DNA of 32,399 bases from Dimorphilus gyrociliatus. Lineage: Eukaryota > Animalia > Annelida. The notes beneath the pieces are model-generated. The model was not told the DNA's origin and did not search any database. It worked only from the letters and a program-made list of their open reading frames with translations. Location of the stretch: NCBI GenBank assembly GCA_904063045.1, contig CAJFCJ010000198.1:1-32399 (forward strand). The letters are read 5' to 3'. Position numbers and translations under genes: made by a program. Of the stretch, positions 11,298 through 21,258 are shown piece by piece; within the stretch, counting starts at the first letter, position 1, and each line of letters opens with the position of its first letter.

Positions 11298-13296
11298 TTA
11301 TTTTGAATAGATTAATGCAATCTTCTGCAAGAGGACAGCAGATGTAATCATTCCCAATTTGTATTCATCCCAAACAGCAAATACTTGCTTCTGCTTCTGG
11401 ATGACACTTTTCTTCTGATACTTCTTTAGCCTTTTTTCTGATAGAAGTTTCTCTACAACTGGAATAAGACTTGATTCCTGTTTTAAAATATCTATGAGCA
11501 TATAAAATGACCCTTTTGCAGGAGTCTTTTCATTTATTCTTCTGTGCCATCCTTCAACATCATTGTTGGTCCTGATGGCAAGACCAAATACAGACCAACA
11601 ATTTGGTGTCCAAATTGAATGCTTAATCCAAGTACTTTCAATGTATTGGAAAAAATCCAAAAATTCATTTCTCTCAAAGGCCTCATCTTTTAGCATGTAG
11701 AAACTGTTTAGAATGGCTTCATCTGGAAGAAAAGGTAATGCCAAAACTTGTTTCAGCAGTCCTGCCTTCTTCTTTTCCATATTATATTGTTGTGTGTATC
11801 CCAAATTCTACAATAATTTAATAATAAGGCCAAGCACTGAATTTAAATATAAGCTTACTTGAATTTTTCTGTAGACAGCTTGTGTCCAATGGAAGACACA
11901 ACCTTGAATAGGAATATTAGGGTAAACTGAGTTAAGAGCACTCCATATACCTAATTCAAAATCAACTACAAATTTGTCAGGTTGAAAACCATTTGTCAAT
12001 TTTTGAATCTCCTTTTGATAAGATGAAGTTAATGAAACAGAATTAAGCAACCAAATCATACTTACTTTAAGAATCATTTTGTACACTTTTTTTTTCTTTG
12101 ATGTTAAAAAAGCAAATGCTAATGGAATTTGTTTTGCTTCTCCATCATTTTTAATAAAAGAATGAACAGAAAAAAGCTGTACAAATGGATCCTTCACAGC
12201 CTTGAAAGTGCCATCTAAATACCATACTTTACTTTTACATAATAAAGACAACTGGTGCTTAGAAGCAAATAGTAAAACTCTTTGATTTCTTACAACAATA
12301 TCACTTTGAAGAAAATCATCTGGTATAAATGTTGTATTAAGTTCAAAATCAATTTCGTTTGGTTCTTTAGGCCTTGATTTTTGCCTATTGATATTGGCTA
12401 ATCTCCTCAGATTTTCCAGTTTTGGTAGGTTATTTTCACTTTTATTTAAATTAATTAATAGATCTTCAGCAATTGCTCTTCCAGATGACTTGATGTCTGC
12501 ATTAGAGATTGCTCTCAATTCTTTTCTAGCAGAAATATTCACAATAAGGCTTTTCCTTTTGTTATGATTGTGTTCATGTTTACTCTTTATGAAAATATTT
12601 CCTTTTTGTTGAATAATAACTGGACATTGAATATTCTTATTTCTAACAGAACATCTCCAGATGGTTCTCTTGTGACTTCTAGATTTTATATTAAAAGCAT
12701 AGCCATTGTTGGTCAAAATATCTTTCCCTTTTTGACTTCCACCAATAATAATATGAAATTTGTCTGAGCTTTCCATATTCTCATTATTTTCAGTTTCATT
12801 TTCATGCAATAAATTTTCCTCCATATTAGAAGTATTGCTAACTTCTTTAAGACTACAATTGTCTTTAACCATATTATTATGAGTACAACTCAGAGCAGCT
12901 TTTACAATAGGATCATCATTGATCACATCTGATAAACTAATGAGACAATATCTTTCACTCAAACTTTTGCATGAAGAACACTTATCATCTTTCATTTCTG
13001 TAATATTAAGCAAAGTTAAATAAATGTATGTTTTACATAGTAAATATCACCTTTACAGATATGATGACAAAGTGAACATGTAGTTTCTTGAATCCTGAAC
13101 TTTTCTGCACAATTATTGCAAAATACTCTTTCAGATTCTAAATTGAAAATGAAAAAAGTGAATAATTTAATAAAAACATATAAAGAGACAGACCTTTGAT
13201 GCATTTGGCATGGACATAATCTTGGCAGTCATTGCATTTCATCTTTCTCTGTCTGCCATAAAATCTTTTATTACAATTAATACAAACAGGTGCCAT
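11298..13296 (-). CDS. MULE transposase, predicted 594 aa, 5 exons (13296-13194, 13137-13051, 12997-12066, 12011-11859, 11807-11298): PHD finger, FLYWCH, DDE
   Basis: GT-AG introns of 56, 53, 54 and 51 bp give one stop-free frame of 1785 nt. Motifs: CINC..CNDC..HAKC..CNNC (PHD); GYAF..WRC..HNH (FLYWCH); WYLDGTF (D1), VVDFE (D2), CVFH (CxxH), RTNNDVEGWH (E). Confidence 0.88.
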
Positions 13297-13709
13297 TACT
13301 AAGTTTCTGCAAAAATAAATTCACTTTCAACTATCAAATATGGCTGCCTATACAAAAATTATAAATAATAACTCACTGGAAAGAAGTGTTCTTAAACAAT
13401 GTATAATCTTGTAATATTCAATAAACTAAATCAATACCAGAGTTTCAATGCTTAAAAAACAAATTAGCCTGAAAATATGCCAAGAAATGCAAAATTTATC
13501 TTTCACTTACAGACAAGACAAGGAAATAACTCATTTCTCTTTTAATAGCATTACATAATTCAGAGAAAACTGGTAAAAACATCACAATACATATCCCTTT
13601 CTTCAAAAATATTAATATTTATTCTATAAATGAAATAAACAGCAAAGAGAAAAACATTTCTGATTATAAGTATAAATAATTATGCCAAGTATATCTTTAG
13701 CCAGGCATA

Positions 13710-13825
13710 GGACGTTTTTTCCCAACAATTAGGACGTTTTTTCCCAACAATTAGGACGTTTTTTCCCGCCCTGGGACGTTTTTTCCCAGGGACGTTTTTT
13801 CCCAAGGACGTTTTTTCCCGACCCC
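13710..13825 (-). repeat. Right TIR: 6 copies of GGACGTTTTTTCCC
   Basis: Repeat starts at 13710, 13732, 13754, 13774, 13790 and 13806. Confidence 0.92.
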
Positions 13826-14441
13826 ATTAAGGAATATTGCTGACACATTAAAATCAGTGAAACAGCTGATAAAGATTGATTTCAAAGGCTGCAATTTAGA
13901 AGAGGAACAATGTAGAAAGATTGGAAAGCTTTTCTAAAGTTGCTCTAAAATAGACACAATCAACTTGGCATGGAATGTTCAGATGGGAGAAGGATTATTT
14001 AACATTTGTAAAGGACTCATCCAATCGTCAAGCTGTTTAAAAGAGATAAATTTCGGCTGTTGTAATTTAAACAATGGGCAATGTAGACATATTGGAAACC
14101 TTTTTAAAGAATGCGCCAAGCTAGAGACAATCTACCTGACAGGAAATCATACAACAGGCAATGGACTATTCTATATTTGTGCACAACTTCTTCATTTGTC
14201 AAATACTTTAAAATGCCTCAACTTTACAGAATGTAATTTGAGCGAAGACCAGTCTAAAATAATAATTAACTTGTTTAAACACTGTTCAAAACTTAAAAGA
14301 ATTTCTCTGGAACGGATATGGCATTGCGGAAGTGATCTTTTTGAACTAAGCAAATAGGTTGTTTAATTACACTGCTCTTAAATATTTTAATTATTCTTCT
14401 AATATTCCTGGTGATTGTTTAAAATAGTTTAGAACTAGAAA

Positions 14442-15741
14442 CTCATTTACTCAATAGATATTCTTTAAACAAAATACTGGCATTTTGTTGATTAATTTCT
14501 ACTGAAATTACATTTCTTAAGACTACTTGTGGACGAATTTGAAAGGTTCTATTTGTGTGAGTACTTTGGTGCATTGATAAATGATTGGAAAGGACGAATA
14601 CTGTTCTGAAGAAGGAGAAATTCCTACAATTACAATACAACAAAGTACAATTTTGTTCAATAATTTATGAAATTGATATCAATCATCCAAGGAGTTACAT
14701 TATAGAGGGGAGTAGGAATCTTGTCAAAATTTTCTTTTTAGCATCTTTTGATAAATATTGAATTCATAATATTCAAAAAACACTATTTGAAAACAGACCT
14801 AATCCTCAGTCTAGGCCTAGCATACTCTAAAAGTAATCAAAGTGCTAATTTTCCAAAATCACTAGAAATATTGTTCCTACCCCTGCAACGAGTCACATGT
14901 GATAAGGAGAAGTGGAAAATGAAGAAAACTGAAAGTGAGAAAATGTTTTAAAAAGATATTTTGTGTGCAGTTTTTATTGAATCTAAACAATTTATGCTGT
15001 ATATATAAGAGAGAGGTTGAAATGTGAACAGAGAGTGACAAGCATCTCTCACAAAATAATAAAAACAAACAGAAAAATACTTTTACAATAGATTTAAGTG
15101 TTTTAAAAAGTAAGAAAACTACTTTTTTATACTAACTGCCAAGCTACAACTTTTTCAACAGCTATACATGATTGTTACAATTGTGCTATTGCAATACCAT
15201 TAGACTGTAAAATAGAAATGGATATCTAAAGTCCAAGTATTGATAATTCACTATATCTAAGTGCACAAAAATTCTAAAATATGTTTGTTAAAAGGCTGCG
15301 TTGGTCTTTAAAATGGTGGAAAATGCCAAATTATTAAAAATTCCATTGTTTAGTGGTAATAATTGAATAATGAATTACAGAGCAATCGAACAATTTCTGT
15401 CATTATTGAAAAGTTTTTATACACATTTAAATTGCCTCATGAATTAAATTATTAATTCAAAATGTAAATTAATCAATGAAAACATATCAAAAATCCTTTA
15501 GAATATTGGTTCAGTTATAAACATCACTGGTTGTACTTTGTTGTTTTGAAATTGGAGGAATTTCTGGTTTCTTACAACTGTAAGCATTCTTTCCAATCAT
15601 TTGCCAATTTGCCAAAGTACTCACACAAATAGAACCTTTAGAATTCGTCCACAAATAGTCTTAGCAAATGTAATTTTGGTAGAAATTAATCAGCAAAAAC
15701 ACAAGTATTTCATTTAAAGAATATGTATTGAGTAAAATGAG
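14442..15741. repeat. Second copy of the ~210-bp inverted repeat pair
   Basis: Same as 4895-6194, offset by 9547. Confidence 0.85.
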
Positions 15742-15756
15742 CAATTACCTACAGTA

Positions 15757-16962
15757 TTACATACATAAAATTTCTTTATATAATGTTTCTACAGCTTTGA
15801 TTGAATGTTCTAATGAGAAACCCTTTACTGCATATTCAGCACAGTAGGCACGTCTAGCTGCTTTATCGCTGTGTTTAAGTTCTTCCATAATGGCATCAGC
15901 CAGTTCTAAATCATCTTCTACTTGAACCAGACGACCTACTTTGCTATCAATAAAATCTGGTAAACCACCTTGGTTAGTACCCACTACAGGTGTGCCACAA
16001 GCAAGGGCTTCAATTGCTACTAGACCAAATGGTTCTGTACGAGAAGGCACAACACTTACATCTGCAATATTGTACATTTTAACTAATGTCTCTTGATTAA
16101 CGTGACCTAAGAAGTATACATGTTCAAGGTCTAAATCTTCTTTCATACGCTTTAACACACCATAGAGTTCACCATTACCTGCAATAATTGTCATTACTTT
16201 ACCACAGGTTGATTTTTCGTAACGTTTTGCTGCTTTTAGCAATACATCCACACCTTTAAAGTGTGTTAATTTTCCTGCAAAAGCTACGATACAATCTGTT
16301 TTGACTGTAACATCAAATTCATTTAAAACAGTTTCTTTACTTAAGTCCAGAGGATGGAATAAGGATTCATCATAACCATTTAATAAAATCATACGTTTAT
16401 TGCTCGGCACTTTATACAGTTGTGCTGTTTCAGCATCTACTTGTTTAGAGATGGTAATAATCATCTTAGCATTAGCCACCCCTTCTATAGCAAAACTATG
16501 GTATCTGTCATCTTTTACAAAGCCTTTTAAATCCGTACCATGGGCAGTAATAACATATGGCACACCTGTTAACATAGCAGCATAAGGTGTAATCCATAAA
16601 TGCTGTGCATGGATAATATCTGGTTTAAAAGTATCTACTTCCTCTTGAACCACTTCTATATATTTATCCATGTAAGTCTTCATTTGATCATCTGATAATT
16701 CATAATAAGTTGTATTACTTCTTGGATGGGTTGTAAAACATGGAAAATTGAAATCCACTTCAGGCTTTACTGTATTTGGTCCCTTAAACTTAATGACTCT
16801 TGATTCAAATCCTTTATATGTCTTGTCTTCGTGTTCTGGATAAATGATTTTAACCTTATGGCCAAAACTTACTAAAGCCTTTGCCAAATTTTTGGTGTAC
16901 ACGCCACTACCAGTCCCCTCCAATGGAAAATGATTAACTAACAAAATCTTCACACTCATCAT
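15757..16962 (-). CDS. GT4 glycosyltransferase copy 3, 401 aa, protein identical to 6210..7415
   Basis: The ORF track translations are identical. Confidence 0.93.
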   Translation of the reverse strand: MMSVKILLVNHFPLEGTGSGVYTKNLAKALVSFGHKVKIIYPEHEDKTYKGFESRVIKFKGPNTVKPEVDFNFPCFTTHPRSNTTYYELSDDQMKTYMDKYIEVVQEEVDTFKPDIIHAQHLWITPYAAMLTGVPYVITAHGTDLKGFVKDDRYHSFAIEGVANAKMIITISKQVDAETAQLYKVPSNKRMILLNGYDESLFHPLDLSKETVLNEFDVTVKTDCIVAFAGKLTHFKGVDVLLKAAKRYEKSTCGKVMTIIAGNGELYGVLKRMKEDLDLEHVYFLGHVNQETLVKMYNIADVSVVPSRTEPFGLVAIEALACGTPVVGTNQGGLPDFIDSKVGRLVQVEDDLELADAIMEELKHSDKAARRAYCAEYAVKGFSLEHSIKAVETLYKEILCM

Positions 16963-17466
16963 CCCTTACTTGTAATTTATGAGAAATTTCTTGCTATAAC
17001 AATAGAAACTTGTTGTAAAAGTAGTCAGCATAAATATGCTACAAAGTAAATTTTGATAGTCCAAATATTAAAAGTCTTTTTCTTTGCACACATACATTTG
17101 TCAACTATAATCTCACAATAGAGAAGTAGTATTGAGCCAGGATTGTACTATTCAAAAGAGTTTTGTGGCATTGTGTGGTAATTATATAAGATTTGTTAAA
17201 GATTTTTCAAAAATCATTAAACTAGGATAAAAGTTGTTCCCCTGCTAGCTGACTGTTGCTGAACATTTGTTTCTTTTGCTCCTAACACTGCATAGCCAGA
17301 ATGTTGTCTTTTTTCTTTTTTCTTTTAAAGAAAAAAATATGTGCTACAATATGGAAAAATCTTTTACTGGAGGAGAAACCTGTGTATATCTGTATGATCA
17401 GAATCAGAATCAAGTTTTTTTCTTTCAAATTATTATCATAACTCCATATATCATATATTTTCTTCA

Positions 17467-18963
17467 GGGTCAGGTGCAAACGTACCTGGGTGCGAATGTA
17501 CCCAAGGCAGGTGTGAACATACCCAGGTACATTCCCACCCTCTTTCCTCTTTCTTTTATTTATTGATTTTTCATCAAATGGTTTTGTTAATAATAGATAT
17601 ATATGTATATACTCAGACTGTAAAAAGTAATATTTTATCAATGTGAAGTATTATTTAAAAATATTAAATATTGTTGAAAAGTGAAATGGCAGGAAGTTCA
17701 ATAGTGAAGGTGGTTGAAATAAACTTTCACTTTGGACAGCATATACTTTCAAAGGTAAGCTGTATGTCCTGAATAAATTTGGACAAAGTGCTTCTTTGTA
17801 GATTTTGAACAGGTAAATATTTAAAGCTTTTTAACTAGATTTTTGATGCAAAATATTACAATTTAATATATTTTCTTTAATAACAAATTATTTCAATATT
17901 TGCTATAAACAAAATTTCAGCCATTTTGAATATTTGGAAAGGACAGTGATTTTTTAATAATCAAGTGAATTTGTTCTGTTGAAACAACATGGTTTCAAAG
18001 TGCAACAATTGTGATTCAAAAATTTATGGAAGGCAAAAATATTTGAAATGCTGCCTTTGTGAGAATCTTATCCATAGAAAATGTTCAGGTACATCAGTTT
18101 TCAAATATGATTTAGGCAACTATCTTTTCTTAACACATTACACAGAAACACCTAGCATACCTGTTTGCACAAGATGTAACAAAAGAAAATGTACTGTTAG
18201 CCTTAAGAAGTTAACAAATCTGGAAATTGATCAATACAAAGAAAGTAATAAGGACTTCAATGATAACAGAAGTGATCCTGCTGAGGTTAAAGATTCAACA
18301 TTTGATTATGAAAGTCTCGGCAATCAGAAAACCAATCAATGGATGTAGAAGGAACTGATGAAAATACAGAAGATGAAAATGACTCAATCAGGAGGAATGA
18401 TTTTGAGATTGTACAAGGAGGAAGCAGAAAAGGACATGACATTTTATTGAATGATGGATATTCTTTTGTTGTTAAACATAAACACTTAACAACAATTTGG
18501 GTATGCAGTGTGAGAAGTAAGAAAAAAGATGTGTAGCTAGAATAAGACAAAATGGAAGTATATTTTTAAAGGCAATCTGGAACATAATCACAACAGAAAA
18601 CCTAATTTGGAAGTAGATGTTAAATAAAAACTGATGTAAAAACTATTTGCAAAAGTGATAACAAAGCATTGGAAGAAGCATTGCTGAAAATTTCTATTAT
18701 CATATGAACCTAATGCTAATGTCTTCCTGATATCAATTACTTAAAAAGGATGGCAAACTCAAACAGACAAAATTCAGGCCAGTTGAACAAAGTGTATAAT
18801 TTCAACTTGAACACAACTTTTTTACCTGATGAATTTCTCCAGAAAGACATTTGTGAAAATGGAGAAAGAATCTTAATTTTTGCACAAACCATCAGCTGAA
18901 CTTATTATCCAAACCAACTACTGGTATATTGATGGTACTTTCCAAATTGTTAAGGATCCATTC
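17467..18963 (+). mobile_element. 5' half of the resident MULE, copy 3 (indel-rich toward the gap)
   Basis: ORF 17989..18348 starts with the PHD exon; the sequence matches 7920-9431 with scattered 1-bp deletions. Confidence 0.85.
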
Positions 18964-19056
18964 TGGTTACTTTTCAATTTTGATGGCTATTCTACTTCCA
19001 ATCAATGTATTGTGGCTTCATTTGAATTGTTGAATTCAATTTTTCAGGTGTATCAA

Positions 19057-19057
19057 N
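19057..19057. other. Assembly gap/join (single N) where the tandem array stops
   Basis: The N lies at the point equivalent to 9525; unrelated sequence follows. Confidence 0.9.
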
Positions 19058-19531
19058 AAAACAACAAAGTCAAGTTCAATCAATTAAAGCTACTCATTGC
19101 TTCTATTTTTCCCCTTTTTCTTTTTCCTCCCTCTCTCTCTAATTGACATGAACAGACAAAATGTCATTAATAAACTACATCAGCAAAATACAAATTCATT
19201 CTATTCTATTGTTAAAATATGCAACTGTTACATGACTTTTTTATTTTAATATTATTGAATAGAATAGAAGGATGGGCAAGACTTTCCTATAATTTAAGTT
19301 TCTATTCTGTTGAAGAAACAGACACATATATTATTGGAAAACTTATTGCCCTACAAAAATCTAAGAGAACAAATATCATTATCCCCAAAACATTTAATAA
19401 GTTAATCTATAAATATCTCTTCTTTGAAAGCTTTGAAAAGACAAAAAAAACTTATATTCACATTTATAAAATAAAATTTTCAAAAAGAGCTTTTTGCCTA
19501 ACTCTGAATAGTGTCCATTTTCATCATACTT

Positions 19532-21128
19532 TAAAAAAATTTTTAGTTTTGATATTAAGATATACAAAATAACTAGTTTTAATTGGTAATAATAATGATT
19601 AATATGTATAAACTAATATCCTTTACAAAAAATTTTCAAAAACTTGTTTTTCTTTTATAAAATGCAGTTTTAGTAATTATACCTCGAAAAAAGGGTTAGT
19701 TAAAAATGAGTCACCATCTATTTAATTAAATATTTTACTTTAAATCTACCTTAGGACACTCCTTAACAAATTATATAAATGAATTATTACAATATTTTAT
19801 GAAAATATAGTAATAATACTTTTAGACCTTTTTAATACTTAGTGTGGCCAACTTTATTGAAATGACACAGTTGTAGCCTCATTCTAACACTGTTAAACAA
19901 TTTTTCAACATATTCAGTTGGAATATTGTCAAATTCTTGCTGTATTACCCTCCATAGATCATCAACATGTGTGCACAGATGTTTACCAACCCTTCCTTTT
20001 AGGTATGACCATACATTTTCAATAGGATTTAAGTCAGGACTCTGGGCTGGTCAGTCTTGCTAGTGCCTTAAGTTCTTTTCATTTAGATACCGAAAGGTAC
20101 TCCTAGATGTATAGCATGCAGCACCATCCTGCATGAATACATGGTACCTATTGTAATTCTATAGAAAAGATTTACCAATAATTTCTTGATATTTCTCCAA
20201 ATTTAAATTGCTTTTATATAAATGTATACCTCTGCTGCCATCACTTTTTAAAAAACCCCAAATATTTAGGGAACCATTTGCCTCTTTAAAAGTTTTTTTT
20301 GCATATTTTGCCTTATATCTATTAGTTGGATGCCTCCTGACGAACTGCCAGTGTTTTGGATATAAATCTATCCTTGTCTCATCCAAAAACACAATTGAAT
20401 TAATTTGCTCTGTGCTCCAAGAGAGGAGTCTTTTTACAAAAGTTTATCCTATTTGACAAGTCTTTTTTCTAATAGGGATTTTTTTGCTCCAACATAGCCT
20501 CTCAAGTTATGTTTCCTTAAAACATTCTTACATGTTGATAAGAATATAACTGATGCTAGTTTAGAGGTGGACAAAATTTTTTTTTGCTCCCCAGAAATGA
20601 TTTCTGCTAGATATAAGGCATAATATTCTCTCATCTTGCTTGCTTAATTTGACTGGTCTGCCACATCTGGGTAAATCTTCAATTGTATGATGCAATTGAA
20701 ACATTTTCCAGATATTTTGGGCACTGAAGCTAGAAATTTTAAACATTTTGGCAATTTTATTCAATGATATCCCTTCTTGGTGTTTTTCAACAACCAAATA
20801 ACAAATTTGTTTATCAATGACCATTGTTTTTTTGAAAAACCAAAGATATAATTATAATAAAATACTTTCCTATTTGATTTATGCAGCTTAACCCCATTTT
20901 TTTGATTAAATAGATGGTGACTCATTTTTAACTAACCCCTTTTTTCGAGGTGTAATTACTAAAACAGGATTTTATAAAAGAAAAACAATTTTTTGATAAT
21001 TTTTGGTAAAGGATATTAGTTTATACATATTAATCATTATTATTATCAATTAAAAGTAGCTATTCAGCATAGCTTAATATCAAAACAAAAAATTTTACAA
21101 GGTGGCTGGGGACTTTTTGCCTATACTG
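19532..21128 (-). mobile_element. Decayed Tc1/mariner-superfamily element (~1.6 kb) with ~200-225-bp TIRs (19532-19726 and 20905-21128); one terminus intact (TA|CAGTATAGG)
   Basis: The two TIRs align over ~195 bp. TA at 21129-21130 abuts a CAGT terminus. The outer ~30 bp of the left TIR is missing. Confidence 0.88.
19832..20824 (-). pseudogene. Tc1-like transposase pseudogene (HTH domains plus D-D35-E) with frameshifts and stops
   Basis: MVIDKQICY..GRP (HTH), FLDET (D1), FMQDGAACYTSR..*QD*PAQSPDLNPIENVW (D2, E). Terminal stop at 19832-19834. Confidence 0.9.
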
Positions 21129-21258
21129 TATATTTTATATAGGCCTTAATTGATTTTATACAGAAATTAAAGCTATTTCTGTATTGTTCATTTAATAAAA
21201 CAATATTAATAAACAGTGATTATACTACTCATCGAAATTTATCACTAATTGAAATTTA

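Larger units (their letters stand above)
10973..13825 (-). mobile_element. Complete 2,853-bp Mutator-like DNA transposon with 9-bp TSD ATTAAGGAA (10964-10972 and 13826-13834) and tandem-repeat TIRs
   Basis: The empty site has a single ATTAAGGAA at 4279-4287. The element starts with G and ends with C. TIRs match over ~66 bp with 1 mismatch after 6 imperfect terminal bases. It encodes a MULE transposase. Confidence 0.96.
10366..14357 (+). pseudogene. LRR pseudogene copy 2, interrupted by the MULE at 10973-13825; carries the same nonsense codon (13935-13937)
   Basis: Identical to 3681-4810 on both sides of the insertion. Confidence 0.85.
1..19056. repeat. Head-to-tail tandem array of a 6,685-bp mosaic unit (about 2.4 units plus a 2,862-bp insertion in the second unit), ending at an N gap
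   Basis: Position 1 corresponds to 6656 and 16203. Identical ORFs recur at offsets of 6685 (3557/10242) and 9547 = 6685+2862 (4418/13965, 6210/15757). Copies differ by a few SNPs and 1-bp indels. Confidence 0.95.

Noticed and set aside
6656-13340. Unit as a Helitron or Pack-MULE carrying the GT
   Set aside because: No 5'-TC / 3'-hairpin-CTRR pair, no Rep/helicase, and no second MULE TIR or TSD bracketing the GT could be found.
19488-19508. ctttttgccta as an inverted Tc1 terminus
   Set aside because: Only an 11-bp match in AT-rich DNA, in the wrong orientation for the left end and with no TA/CAG terminus.
19219-19572. 117-aa ORF after the gap
   Set aside because: No recognisable motif, and the 3' part runs into the Tc1 TIR.
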